A DNA stretch of 64,000 nt from contig CM097882.1 in the NCBI GenBank assembly GCA_044892505.1, positions 135,036,001 through 135,100,000 of the forward strand, written 5' to 3'. The notes under the pieces were generated by a model, which had not been told where the DNA came from, did not search any database, and was given only the letters and a program-made list of their open reading frames with translations. This DNA comes from Schmidtea nova. Taxonomy: Eukaryota. Each line of letters begins with the position of its first letter. The first letter of the stretch is position 1. Made by a program: the position numbers and the translations under genes. Shown here in pieces: positions 22,607-37,459 of the stretch.

Positions 22607-25156
22607 GTATGCATTATTATCATTATACGTCCGCTGTTATGTTTACAACTGCGAAGATGATTTGGAAATTTTGANNNNNNNNNNNNNNNNNNNNNNNNNN
22701 NNNNNNNNNNNNNNNNNNNNNNNNNNNNNNNNNNNNNNNNNNNNNNNNNNNNNNNNNNNNNNNNNNNNNNNNNNNNNNNNNNNNNNNNNNNNNNNNNNNN
22801 NNNTATAAAATATGAACACTTGTTTAGTTCGTGAGAGTATAAAAACCTTTAAATATTTGAAGAAATTGTGCAAATTTGATGCCATTTATTGTTTTTACAC
22901 AATTTTTGTAAATTTATTTTTCATTTCGTCTTCTAAATTATGTATTTTGGCATCTAAAAAACTCTTAATACTTTAAAAAATTAATCAACCATATTGTTTC
23001 AATAAATTTATACTGAAATTCGGAAGAAAAAAAATTATGGTGATAAAAAAAGAAATGCAATAACTAGTTTTGTATTACACATAATTATTTTTGTATTCAC
23101 ACACAGTCAAAATTACATATTATATATATATATAGACGTTTGTAGTTTAAACAGTTTTCAACAACACAAAATTTGGAAAATGGAATTTATGTTAGGANNN
23201 NNNNNNNNNNNNNNNNNNNNNNNNNNNNNNNNNNNNNNNNNNNNNNNNNNNNNNNNNNNNNNNNNNNNNNNNNNNNNNNNNNNNNNNNNNNNNNNNNNNN
23301 NNNNNNNNNNNNNNNNNNNNNNNNNNNNNNNNNNNNNNNNNNGGTTAAATGGAAATTGTTAAAAGATCATAGCTACTGCAGCAAACTTTAAAAAGTAGGA
23401 CATAAATCTAACTTTTACTGTGTTTATTTTGAAGGAATAATGTGGACTACTTTTGGGTTTTCAAACTCTCGTTCGAATGCTCAAACACATTTTTTCATAT
23501 TAATTGTTTAAATCTAATAAGAAATTGGCATTTTATTTATCACTAGCTGTAAAGTGTGAAAAATCACGTGATGATCAAAATATAACCAGTTTTTAATCTT
23601 AATATAATAACACTAAATACAATTTTCCGATTCCCCAGCAAAAAACCTAAAAATATAATTTATGTTAAAATTACATGATACAGAGGTTATGGACGTTTAG
23701 ACATGTGTACAACGGTAATTGTGTATGTTTATATGAATTTTTTACCTGCTTATTTGATTCATCAAATGTAATAAATGTTCGCATTAACTTAATTGTAAGA
23801 TTGTTAAAATCAAACAATAAAATGTTGTTCTATTTGTTACATAATTAATATTTGCAAATTAAAAAGAAAATTTTGAAGGTCATAGTACTATTATGTTTTA
23901 CATTCAAGTTATTACAAAAAGTTATTAAAACAGTTTACTGTTATTTGCGTGATTTTTATCACTAATTGTGGGGATCTGGATTTCAGTACCCCGTTCTGCA
24001 TTTGCCTTAATCAGGTAAAAGATGAAATATGAATAAAACTCTATTGGAATATTTATTATCGAGTAAAATTGTTTCTCTTCTTTAAATAATTTCCCAAAAC
24101 TTCTCAGCTTGTGTTGTTCTTCTGCGGTAGGAGATTTCATATCTTTATTTGTATCCATCTTGTAAATTTGCGTAATTTTTATAATTCGAATTTCTGCAAG
24201 TGCTTTATCTTTTTAAAACAACAGTAATTAATTTGTAAATAACTNNNNNNNNNNNNNNNNNNNNNNNNNNNNNNNNNNNNNNNNNNNNNNNNNNNNNNNN
24301 NNNNNNNNNNNNNNNNNNNNNNNNNNNNNNNNNNNNNNNNNNNNNNNNNNNNNNNNNNNNNNNNNNNNNNNNNNNNNNNNNNNNNNNNNNTAATAATTAC
24401 TTATCAAGTCGTAAGATAAATGTATATGTAATGCATAATAATATAATCCAAGTGGGTATTAGAGATGTATACGATTCTGGCTTAATCGAATTCACACAAG
24501 TGATCAGTGTAGTGCCTCCGTTATACATATAATTAAATATATAATATATATATACAAAAGTAGACTTGTTTTAATAACCAAACGCACTGGAAAATTTTCG
24601 AAAAACAAAATGTAAATCAAGATGGAACTGTAGACTTATTGTAGACTTGTTGAATGACGATTTTGCAAGTAAAACTGTTTTTATTTTTATTGCCGCGTTT
24701 ATTTGTGGTCATAAGTTTAAATACAATGATGAAGATTTTCTAAGCATCTCTTCTTACATGATTTTCGAAAGCTCATTTTTCGAAATATTCTACAGCTATT
24801 GAAAACTGGATTAGGCTTTGGATAATCGAAAGACTCTTTTGGATAATGTCTTAAATCTAATTTTTTTCCAAGAGACTCCCAACAGTAATACATGAGATGT
24901 CAGAATGTGCTAGCGATGTTTTCTATTAGAATCAAGATTTTTGAATTCTATCACTAACTCAATCCCTTTCTCTTTTTCAGCAATAAAGTCTCCAGCTCTA
25001 TAGTGGTCAAGATGCGGACCATTATCAAAAATATTTTAATCAAATGTTTTTGTGCTTTGTATTGATCGGAATGCACATATACTTTTAATTGTTTTCAATA
25101 CGAAAGTTTTTACGAAAGTTTTCTAACAACTCTAAGCCATTTTCATTGAATTTGTT

Positions 25157-25594
25157 AATAATTACGTGTTAGAGTAATTTAAGGTATCAAACAGGTTATA
25201 ATAAATAAATATCGGTTGAAATTAAGAGAGATATTTATTGTGAATATTGAACATTTGATTGACAAATTAATTTTTAAAATTAAGCGAAATAAAACTTTTT
25301 TAAACAATCTCCTTGATGGAGGCTATATTTTCTTTCACAAGTTTCACCATAATAAGTCATTTCTTTTCTTCTGAGAATAATTACGTGTTAGAGTAATTTA
25401 AGGTATCAAACAGGTTATAATAAATAAATATCGGTTGAAATTAAGAGAGATATTTATTGTGAATATTGAACATTTGATTGACAAATTAATTTTTAAAATT
25501 AAGCGAAATAAAACTTTTTTAAACAATCTCCTTGATGGAGGCTATATTTTCTTTCACAAGTTTCACCATAATAAGTCATTTCTTTTCTTCTGAG
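25157..25594. repeat. 219-bp tandem duplication (two copies); recurs at ~31492-31929
   Basis: aataattacgtgttagag...cttttcttctgag starts at 25157 and again at 25376. Confidence 0.92.
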
Positions 25595-26471
25595 TTACTT
25601 TTCTTGATATTTAAGCATACCATATGGTCTTAATGTTTTCTAGGATCACTATGTATAAATGGGAAGTTCCATCTAAACGTTGTTCTCTATCATTTGCTGA
25701 TAACCTCCCCATTGCATGACGTCCAGATCCTCGAAAGTTTCCAATCATTTTAATCATAAAATCTGGACGGAATTGTTTGTGTACCATTGATTTTCAATTT
25801 TCTGTCTTCACATTCCTTAAAAAAATACTAGTTTCAAAGTTCCAAAAAATACAATTTTCTCTACCACTTCAATGTCTTACGCATTCCACTTATATTTTTA
25901 TATAATTATGAATGAAAGTTGGTTTATCATTGTTTAATAAAGTCCAAATACGATCTAATTTCTGCACAAATTATTTACGACACGATACCGACTAATGTAT
26001 CAAGCCGGGCATTTAGGCGCATCTACCAAGCGACATCTTTTTCTAATTTTAGACGTTTAGTCATCAAATGAGACATTTACCTCTTCTAAAGACGTTTCTA
26101 GATATTTCCAACTAAAAAATTATTTATATAATTTATATAAAAAATTATTATAAACAACTTGAGTAAATAATGCCAACTCCACCTCGACACAGGGTTGCTA
26201 AGGCTAAATATAAGTTTTTTAAATATTACGGATTTTCCTTTAATGGATGCAGTAAATATTTTTTAATGACTACGTATCCAATTTTCTGTCTTTTTGCATA
26301 GTGTTTGCATTAAAACGTAACTAGTGCTTAAACATTAGTGGAGTGTATTCATTTTTTAAAACTGAAATAAACAAGAATTACAATAATCACATTTGTTTTC
26401 GTTTAATTTCTCAAACAAATTACCTTTTTTTTATTTTAATAAAAAATATGACAAATAATATTTTTATTAAG

Positions 26472-28939
26472 TTGAAAAGTTCGACTAGAAATGATTATCT
26501 GGATTATTGGTTCAAAGTCTGTTTTGCAGCAGAAGTTGAGGTAAATTTTAATTTGTGTTAAAAAATGAATATTTGTGAATAGGATCCATTTGAAACCATA
26601 TCAGTTACTGATATAATAATATGTGAAGCAATATCTGGAAATGCCGACTACTGTACTGCCATAATGGGCGTTAAACAATTTGACACTGCCGATATTATAA
26701 GTAGACTAAATTTACATAAAGTAAAAATGAATTTTTTATTGCTCTGCAGATATAGCTGGCGCTTTAAAAGAAGGAATCATCAACATTGAAAGCCAAACAT
26801 ACAAATATGATCCAACTCAGGAGGATAACATGTCATGGAAATGCGCAATATCCGAAGGGTACATGATTGCCTGCGAAATCCGTAAAGACATGATGACAGC
26901 GGAATATGTGAAATGCCTAATAGAGAGCAACATAAATGAATATATAAATACGGATGACATAGAAATCCTAGGAGCAGTTGATACATCGGATAATAAATTA
27001 TTGGAAACGAATGAAGCGGTTGATAGGAAAGTATTAGATTTGAATGGGCATTTATTTACGGATGAATTGAGCAATTGTGTGATGGGATTAAGGCAAGCAA
27101 TTGATAATGGATTTGTATTGGCAAAGAAAAAGGATGTTGATTGTGAATTACACCGAGTGCTTGTAGGGTCAGTGAAGGTAGGTAAAGGTCAAAATGAAAT
27201 GAGCTTAGAAGAAGCAATAAAAGCAAAAGTGATTGATCAATTAGAAAACGTATACAAAATAGAAGAGGAAAATGTAGAGATGCGAATAATGGATGCGATA
27301 ATGTTGGGAATGATAAATATTGGAGAGAAAACGGAAGGAGAAGAATTAAGTTGTAAATCATTTGCAATTGTACAAAGAAAACCGAGCGATCCAGAAATAG
27401 CAGAATTATGTGAATATTCACCAAATAAAGCAGTGAATGTGAAGATCTTGTGCAAGGCCATTGAATGTGATTGCATGAATGAATTTGTGATTTGTGATGA
27501 TGTGAAAGAAAGTATTGCGAAAAGCATATTCAAGAATCGTTTGGAATTAGATCCAATGATTTGTGATGTCGGTGAAGAAAAGAAAAGCATTCTGAAAGGA
27601 TTTGTGAAAGGTTTGATAGATTGTGAAGAAATGAAACGGTTGTTAGAAAATGTGAAAGATTTATTTGTAGGAGAAATGTTAGAAAGGTTGGATGAAGATT
27701 CAAATGGTAAAGAAATCATTGAAGCGTTGAACAGTGCCGACATGAATTATCGGCTGGCGGAGATATTAATAATTGATGAAAAGGATTCCACGATAGAAAG
27801 CGTATCAAATATTGATGAGGGCGACGAGAACAAGAAATATAAAACAAAGATTAACGTTGATGAATTATTGAAAAATCTTAATCAATTGAAATGTTTTGAT
27901 AGATTTGGAATGGACACGATTGAAACTGCAGTAATTGGAAAGAAAGAAGATAGAAAGGAAGAGTTCGAGATGCCGATATTTGAATCAGTAATGAATGGGA
28001 TGTTTAATTTGGACGAGGTGGAAATATTTGATGAGAAAGGAAGAGAAATGTGTTCAATGATTGAAAGTGTCTCACGAGGACTGATTGATGTGAAGGCAGC
28101 AGAAAGTATTTTGGATTGCTTAGAATCGCTGAGCTTTGAAGAACTAATAAAAGCTGGAATATTTGACATGGGAAATAATTGTTTTGATAAAACGTTGTCA
28201 CTGGAAGATGCAATTGAAGAGGATTTGTTGAGGTCAGAAGTTGTATATTTGAATTTGTGTGAGGAGAATAAATTAATAAATTTGAGTAAAATGATTGAAT
28301 GTGGAATGTTGAACGCTTCAGAAAATAAAGTGAAGATAGAGAAAAGAAATGGGGAAATAGTGGAAATGAAATTGAATGAAGCACTGAAGGAAGAAAACGG
28401 AATATTGTCAAGTGTTGTGAATAGTGAAGAAATGAAAAAACAGTTTCCAAGAACGATAAAGTCTTTATTAGATAATCGGATAATAAACAAATATATGAAT
28501 ATTATTTTTGAAGAATCTGAAATAAAAGAAATGGAGATAAATGATGCTTTAGAGCAAAGCTTGATAAGCGAAGAGTGTTCCGTGTATTATGATGGGAAAG
28601 CAGCGGCCGTTTCATACTGCGGAGATAAAGATATAATGAATCTACTAAATCTGTTGAATGAGTTGTCTAAATTCCTCAAGGAATATTTATTTGCTTCCAA
28701 TTATAATAAAGATGATAAAATACTTTTTCAAGTAAATGTTGATCATTTGTGTCTAAAACTATTTTTTACTCTGATAAATTAAGATTTTGAGAGAAAAAAT
28801 TGAAAATCAATTAAGAAAAGATAATAAAATCATACAAAAAGTTGGTGAGATCTTAAATTCAGATCTGAAAAATGATGTGAAACCTGAAATAAGAAATCTC
28901 AAATTAAAATATGATGAAGTAGACGAATTAATGAATGAA
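26472..28939 (+). CDS. Plakin-repeat module 2: exons 26472-26540, 26583-26700, 26750-28731, 28784-28939
   Basis: Introns of 42, 49 and 52 nt. Spliced length 2325 nt, phase 0 at both ends. The phase-1 intron before the large exon sits at the same position as in module 1. Confidence 0.8.
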
Positions 28940-29026
28940 GTATGCATTATTATCATTATACGTCCGCTGTTATGTTTACAACTGCGAAGATGATTTGGAA
29001 ATTTTGATATTTAGTATTCAAAATTG

Positions 29027-29030
<4 letters not shown>

Positions 29031-29116
<86 letters not shown>
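29031..29116. repeat. (TA)n microsatellite
   Basis: Directly visible; the equivalent position in the first duplicate (22675-22803) is N-masked. Confidence 0.95.
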
Positions 29117-29118
<2 letters not shown>

Positions 29119-32100
29119 AATTCAAACATTTATATATAAAATATGAACACTTGTTTAGTTCGTGAGAGTATAAAAACCTTTAAATATTTGAAGAAATTGT
29201 GCAAATTTGATGCCATTTATTGTTTTTACACAATTTTTGTAAATTTATTTTTCATTTCGTCTTCTAAATTATGTATTTTGGCATCTAAAAAACTCTTAAT
29301 ACTTTAAAAAATTAATCAACCATATTGTTTCAATAAATTTATACTGAAATTCGGAAGAAAAAAAATTATGGTGATAAAAAAAGAAATGCAATAACTAGTT
29401 TTGTATTACACATAATTATTTTTGTATTCACACACAGTCAAAATTACATATTATATATATATATAGACGTTTGTAGTTTAAACAGTTTTCAACAACACAA
29501 AATTTGGAAAATGGAATTTATGTTAGGANNNNNNNNNNNNNNNNNNNNNNNNNNNNNNNNNNNNNNNNNNNNNNNNNNNNNNNNNNNNNNNNNNNNNNNN
29601 NNNNNNNNNNNNNNNNNNNNNNNNNNNNNNNNNNNNNNNNNNNNNNNNNNNNNNNNNNNNNNNNNNNNNNNNNNNNNGGTTAAATGGAAATTGTTAAAAG
29701 ATCATAGCTACTGCAGCAAACTTTAAAAAGTAGGACATAAATCTAACTTTTACTGTGTTTATTTTGAAGGAATAATGTGGACTACTTTTGGGTTTTCAAA
29801 CTCTCGTTCGAATGCTCAAACACATTTTTTCATATTAATTGTTTAAATCTAATAAGAAATTGGCATTTTATTTATCACTAGCTGTAAAGTGTGAAAAATC
29901 ACGTGATGATCAAAATATAACCAGTTTTTAATCTTAATATAATAACACTAAATACAATTTTCCGATTCCCCAGCAAAAAACCTAAAAATATAATTTATGT
30001 TAAAATTACATGATACAGAGGTTATGGACGTTTAGACATGTGTACAACGGTAATTGTGTATGTTTATATGAATTTTTTACCTGCTTATTTGATTCATCAA
30101 ATGTAATAAATGTTCGCATTAACTTAATTGTAAGATTGTTAAAATCAAACAATAAAATGTTGTTCTATTTGTTACATAATTAATATTTGCAAATTAAAAA
30201 GAAAATTTTGAAGGTCATAGTACTATTATGTTTTACATTCAAGTTATTACAAAAAGTTATTAAAACAGTTTACTGTTATTTGCGTGATTTTTATCACTAA
30301 TTGTGGGGATCTGGATTTCAGTACCCCGTTCTGCATTTGCCTTAATCAGGTAAAAGATGAAATATGAATAAAACTCTATTGGAATATTTATTATCGAGTA
30401 AAATTGTTTCTCTTCTTTAAATAATTTCCCAAAACTTCTCAGCTTGTGTTGTTCTTCTGCGGTAGGAGATTTCATATCTTTATTTGTATCCATCTTGTAA
30501 ATTTGCGTAATTTTTATAATTCGAATTTCTGCAAGTGCTTTATCTTTTTAAAACAACAGTAATTAATTTGTAAATAACTNNNNNNNNNNNNNNNNNNNNN
30601 NNNNNNNNNNNNNNNNNNNNNNNNNNNNNNNNNNNNNNNNNNNNNNNNNNNNNNNNNNNNNNNNNNNNNNNNNNNNNNNNNNNNNNNNNNNNNNNNNNNN
30701 NNNNNNNNNNNNNNNNNNNNNNNNNTAATAATTACTTATCAAGTCGTAAGATAAATGTATATGTAATGCATAATAATATAATCCAAGTGGGTATTAGAGA
30801 TGTATACGATTCTGGCTTAATCGAATTCACACAAGTGATCAGTGTAGTGCCTCCGTTATACATATAATTAAATATATAATATATATATACAAAAGTAGAC
30901 TTGTTTTAATAACCAAACGCACTGGAAAATTTTCGAAAAACAAAATGTAAATCAAGATGGAACTGTAGACTTATTGTAGACTTGTTGAATGACGATTTTG
31001 CAAGTAAAACTGTTTTTATTTTTATTGCCGCGTTTATTTGTGGTCATAAGTTTAAATACAATGATGAAGATTTTCTAAGCATCTCTTCTTACATGATTTT
31101 CGAAAGCTCATTTTTCGAAATATTCTACAGCTATTGAAAACTGGATTAGGCTTTGGATAATCGAAAGACTCTTTTGGATAATGTCTTAAATCTAATTTTT
31201 TTCCAAGAGACTCCCAACAGTAATACATGAGATGTCAGAATGTGCTAGCGATGTTTTCTATTAGAATCAAGATTTTTGAATTCTATCACTAACTCAATCC
31301 CTTTCTCTTTTTCAGCAATAAAGTCTCCAGCTCTATAGTGGTCAAGATGCGGACCATTATCAAAAATATTTTAATCAAATGTTTTTGTGCTTTGTATTGA
31401 TCGGAATGCACATATACTTTTAATTGTTTTCAATACGAAAGTTTTTACGAAAGTTTTCTAACAACTCTAAGCCATTTTCATTGAATTTGTTAATAATTAC
31501 GTGTTAGAGTAATTTAAGGTATCAAACAGGTTATAATAAATAAATATCGGTTGAAATTAAGAGAGATATTTATTGTGAATATTGAACATTTGATTGACAA
31601 ATTAATTTTTAAAATTAAGCGAAATAAAACTTTTTTAAACAATCTCCTTGATGGAGGCTATATTTTCTTTCACAAGTTTCACCATAATAAGTCATTTCTT
31701 TTCTTCTGAGAATAATTACGTGTTAGAGTAATTTAAGGTATCAAACAGGTTATAATAAATAAATATCGGTTGAAATTAAGAGAGATATTTATTGTGAATA
31801 TTGAACATTTGATTGACAAATTAATTTTTAAAATTAAGCGAAATAAAACTTTTTTAAACAATCTCCTTGATGGAGGCTATATTTTCTTTCACAAGTTTCA
31901 CCATAATAAGTCATTTCTTTTCTTCTGAGTTACTTTTCTTGATATTTAAGCATACCATATGGTCTTAATGTTTTCTAGGATCACTATGTATAAATGGGAA
32001 GTTCCATCTAAACGTTGTTCTCTATCATTTGCTGATAACCTCCCCATTGCATGACGTCCAGATCCTCGAAAGTTTCCAATCATTTTAATCATAAAATCTG

Positions 32101-32806
32101 GACGGAATTGTTTGTGTACCATTGATTTTCAATTTTCTGTCTTCACATTCCTTAAAAAAATACTAGTTTCAAAGTTCCAAAAAATACAATTTTCTCTACC
32201 ACTTCAATGTCTTACGCATTCCACTTATATTTTTATATAATTATGAATGAAAGTTGGTTTATCATTGTTTAATAAAGTCCAAATACGATCTAATTTCTGC
32301 ACAAATTATTTACGACACGATACCGACTAATGTATCAAGCCGGGCATTTAGGCGCATCTACCAAGCGACATCTTTTTCTAATTTTAGACGTTTAGTCATC
32401 AAATGAGACATTTACCTCTTCTAAAGACGTTTCTAGATATTTCCAACTAAAAAATTATTTATATAATTTATATAAAAAATTATTATAAACAACTTGAGTA
32501 AATAATGCCAACTCCACCTCGACACAGGGTTGCTAAGGCTAAATATAAGTTTTTTAAATATTACGGATTTTCCTTTAATGGATGCAGTAAATATTTTTTA
32601 ATGACTACGTATCCAATTTTCTGTCTTTTTGCATAGTGTTTGCATTAAAACGTAACTAGTGCTTAAACATTAGTGGAGTGTATTCATTTTTTAAAACTGA
32701 AATAAACAAGAATTACAATAATCACATTTGTTTTCGTTTAATTTCTCAAACAAATTACCTTTTTTTTATTTTAATAAAAAATATGACAAATAATATTTTT
32801 ATTAAG

Positions 32807-35294
32807 TTGAAAAGTTCGACTAGAAATGATTATCTGGATTATTGGTTCAAAGTCTGTTTTGCAGCAGAAGTTGAGGTAAATTTTAATTTGTGTTAAAAAA
32901 TGAATATTTGTGAATAGGATCCATTTGAAACCATATCAGTTACTGATATAATAATATGTGAAGCAATATCTGGAAATGCCGACTACTGTACTGCCATAAT
33001 GGGCGTTAAACAATTTGACACTGCCGATATTATAAGTAGACTAAATTTACATAAAGTAAAAATGAATTTTTTATTGCTCTGCAGATATAGCTGGCGCTTT
33101 AAAAGAAGGAATCATCAACATTGAAAGCCAAACATACAAATATGATCCAACTCAGGAGGATAACATGTCATGGAAATGCGCAATATCCGAAGGGTACATG
33201 ATTGCCTGCGAAATCCGTAAAGACATGATGACAGCGGAATATGTGAAATGCCTAATAGAGAGCAACATAAATGAATATATAAATACGGATGACATAGAAA
33301 TCCTAGGAGCAGTTGATACATCGGATAATAAATTATTGGAAACGAATGAAGCAGTTGATAGGAAAATATTAGATTTGAATGGGCATTTATTTACGGATGA
33401 ATTGAGCAATTGTGTGATGGGATTAAGGCAAGCAATTGATAATGGATTTGTATTGGCAAAGAAAAAGGATGTTGATTGTGAATTACACCGAGTGCTTGTA
33501 GGGTCAGTGAAGGTAGGTAAAGGTCAAAATGAAATGAGCTTAGAAGAAGCAATAAAAGCAAAAGTGATTGATCAATTAGAAAACGTATACAAAATAGAAG
33601 AGGAAAATGTAGAGATGCGAATAATGGATGCGATAATGTTGGGAATGATAAACATTGGAGAGAAAACGGAAGGAGAAGAATTAAGTTGTAAATCATTTGC
33701 AATTGTACAAAGAAAACCGAGCGATCCAGAAATAGCAGAATTATGTGAATATTCACCAAATAAAGCAGTGAATGTGAAGATCTTGTGCAAGGCCATTGAA
33801 TGTGATTGCATGAATGAATTTCTGATTTGTGATGATGTGAAAGAAAGTATTGCGAAAAGCATATTCAAGAATCGTTTGGAATTAGATCCAATGATTTGTG
33901 ATGTAGAAGATGAAAAGAAAAGCATTTTCATTTCTTTTATTAAAGGTGGTATCAGCTTAGAAACATTATACAGGTTTCTATCGGGCTTAAAAGACATGTT
34001 TATTGGTGGGATTATAAAGAATCTTGATAAGCAGTTGAAAGGAAGACAGTTACTTATTGCGGTCGACGAGTGCAGCCTTCCTAATCTGAGCAATGAATAT
34101 TTGGTAATTGATCAAAAATCTTTTACTATTTTGACAATTTCTAAAATTCACGAAGAAAACATTTACATAACATCTATTGAACCGGCGTCTATAATAGCCA
34201 AGATGAATCAACTGAAATATTTAGAGACATACGGGATTAATACAAATAATTTCTCCTTATCCTCTAAGAATAACGAGCATGGGGATAGATTTAATCAAAC
34301 GATATTCGAAGCTATAATGAATGGTGATTTGAACTTTGATGAATTAGAGATATTTGACTCCAATAATCACGAAATGTGTTCAATTGTTGACAGTGTAGAA
34401 CGAGGTTTGGTCGATGTCCGAACGGCTAAGCATTTGCTTGATCGCATGGAGTCATTAACGTTCGGAGAATTAATTAGGAGTGGAATCTATGATGTGCATA
34501 ATAATAGTTTTGGTGACTTTCAGTCATTGGAAGAGGCAGTAGAGAATAAACTTGTCAGACCGGAACTTGTTTATTTCAGTTTACCAAAAGACAATAAATT
34601 AATGAATCTAAGTAAAATGATTGAATACGGAATTCTCGATCCTTTGACCAATGAGATCAGAACTCAGAATTCCGAAAACGAAACAATAACCATGAAACTC
34701 AATGAAGCCCTGAATTCGGAAAACAGAATTTTGGCGACTGATTTGAATTGTAAACAGATTAAAATGAAATTCCCGGAGAAATTAATAAATTTTGTCGAAA
34801 AAAAATTAATCAACCCAGATCAAGACATTATTCAGTTTTCTAATAGTAAAATTGAACCAATTTTCATTTCTGAAGCTTTGAAGAAAAAGCTCTTGTGCAG
34901 AGAATCGCTGGTGAAGTTGACCGGGGATAACTTTGAAAACGAAATCATCATCATTGAATATTGTGGAAGCACCGAACCAGCAAGTCTTATGAATGAGCTG
35001 AACGAATTGTTAAAATATATTGACACTTATCTTTCATATCTAACCGTAGTTCACAGCGAGATCTCAACTGACGATGAAGTAACATTTTTCTAATATTTTC
35101 ATTTCTAAACAATATTTAATGTTCTTCAATTATAGGAAGCGATCAAGTTGATTTTGATAGAAAAACAGAAAACGATTGATGATGTTGAATCATTTTTGCT
35201 CAATAATTATAACAAAGATGCTAATACAGAAAAAAGGTTCTATATCAATAATCTTAAATTGAAAAATGAACAAGCAAAAGAACGATTGGAAGAA
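32807..35294 (+). CDS. Plakin-repeat module 3: exons 32807-32875, 32918-33035, 33085-35078, 35136-35294
   Basis: Same architecture (2340 nt). The large exon diverges after DPMICDV but keeps the motifs (SIVDSVERGLVDVRTAKHLLD, SLEEAVENKLV). Final exon EAIKLILIEKQ...KERLEE then GT. Confidence 0.8.
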
Positions 35295-36274
35295 GTAACT
35301 TAATTTTCAAAATTATAAATAATTGTTTTGTCTCCTTCACCTTTCATCATAATTTACAGGATTATTTTGTATTATAAATCATTTATTCAAAATTATAAAT
35401 CTATTATTTAAGATTAGAAATCAATTATTAGAAATCAAAAAATTGTTATTCCTAATTATAAATTGATTATTCAACATTATAAATTCATTTTTCTGAAGTT
35501 TAAAAATATAATTAACGAATCGTTCTGAATCGGTGGAAAAAAAACATTTTTAATAACGTGTATACGATTGCTTGGTGAGTTTTTAAATTATAGGAACTCA
35601 TTTCATGTTTTATATTTATTAGTCAACACTAATAGCTATGCATAAATTACATTTTGTTATTTATTATCGTAGGTAGTTTGTTGCTAAATACTTATATACT
35701 AAACAAACATACGGAGAGTTCACAGTCTTTTTGCTTATCTGACACATTCTAATTATTCCTTTTCATAGTATACTCCAAAGCTCTGTGATGAAAGGTGTAC
35801 GTCTGACAATAGCAATAAAAAAAATTTAAATCTCATGCTTACTGTATTGTTTGTGATTTTAGTTGCCCATACAGCGTTTGACTGCAGGACTGTAAATCTT
35901 TCGGATCATACCACAATCAAAAGGAAATAATATTGTAACATTTTATTTGATTACAGCTGCTTCTTTATCTCTTCAAAACGTGCTTTCTTCGCTCTTTTCT
36001 AATGACAGCATTCAATAGTTAAATCCTCGGCTTTAATTGGTGCAGCTTGCATTTATTTAAATTCTTGCTAAAAATGTCTGTTAGGTTATTTAAACCAACT
36101 TCTATTTTTTGGTANNNNNNNNNNNNNNNNNNNNNNNNNNNNNNNNNNNNNNNNNNNNNNNNNNNNNNNNNNNNNNNNNNNNNNNNNNNNNNNNNNNNNN
36201 NNNNNNNNNNNNNNNNNNNNNNNNNNNNNNNNNNNNNNNNNNNNNNNNNNNNNNNNNNNNNNNNNNNNNNNNNN

Positions 36275-36937
36275 ACGCAGGACCCTGCGTTGCGGGGGGG
36301 CCTACCAGCTATAGGGGGCCCTCATATAAAAAAATTATACTCTCAATAATATTTATACTATAAAACTCTTTTCCGCAGGTATAGTGGGCCCTAAAATATA
36401 AAACTTGGATAAAAAAATGTCATCCATCGTATTAAAATATACTGTTCAAAAATTTATTTTTGTATTGGAGTGCGTAGTTTACATTTAAACGAAAAGTTTT
36501 AACCTTTTTAAAATTGCATACGCAATTGAGAAATAAAGTACGATTATCAGCTGCGAACTGCCAGATTTTATTGTATAGTTAATTTTTATACCGTTATGTT
36601 GTGTTTGTGTATGAATTAGACAATTAGACTGAATTCGGTAAAAGTAATAATTTGTTGCGTATAAATTTTTTTTAAACTGTAAGAAGTTCTTCAATTTATA
36701 AGTTCTTAGTTGCATATTCAATATTTTTAAAATATAAACAATATTATTTGTTATGTCGTTGCATATACAAATTAACTTTTAAATGTATGTTCTCATTTTC
36801 AATTTTATATTAAATCTTCCGTTTTTGTTTTTAAATATGATATATGAAATAAATATCTATTTAATATGTGAAGCTTTATTTTTTTTAAAAAAAACATTCT
36901 TTTGCGGGGGGGCCCAAATTTTGAAGTTCCGCCACTG
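36275..36937. mobile_element. Probable non-autonomous hAT-like MITE; left end presumably under the mask at 36114-36274
   Basis: Right terminus ...gttccgccactg (reverse complement cagtggcgg, resembling the hAT TIR at 18741). Repeated GGGCCC motifs near both ends. TSD cannot be checked. Confidence 0.45.
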
Positions 36938-37459
36938 TATATATATATATATATTACGTATAGCTGCAATATTTATTATCAAGTTCTGGAATTGCGATTT
37001 TAACATTTGTGACTCATAATTGAAAATAACTAATGGGTTGTAATTTATTTTTTTATTTTGAAATTTTTTATCAGTGAAATATGAAAAATATAATAAATTA
37101 ATTTATAATTATGAATAATTAAGTTATGGTAAAGAATAAGCATTTTGTAATGATTCATAATCGATTTATAATATTTTATATTTGACGTATAAATTAGAAT
37201 AAATATTTTATGATTGCGAATAACTCTGTAATTTATTTTTATTCTTTTACACTATAACATTTTCGGTACTGAGTTTTTCAAGTGTTGTTTATAGTAGAGT
37301 ACATTTTTACTCAGCTTCGTTCAGAATAGATTCGAACTCATTATCTATTTATTATAATTAATTTTACATACCAAGCTCATTTTCTATTAAAAAAAAAACA
37401 AAGTATCACTTTACTTGAATATTAACGTTTGCGTTTTTAAATGGAATATGTGAATCTGC

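Larger units (their letters stand above)
20530..33904. repeat. Recent 6.33-kb tandem segmental duplication (20530-27569 matches 26863-33904)
   Basis: Constant offset of 6333-6335 nt. Introns, masked tracts and small ORFs (e.g. 23925/30260, 26343/32678) recur near-identically. Confidence 0.93.

Noticed and set aside
23925-24158. 77-aa minus-strand ORF, duplicated at 30260-30493
   Set aside because: No recognisable motif or matched donor site; its recurrence is explained by the segmental duplication.
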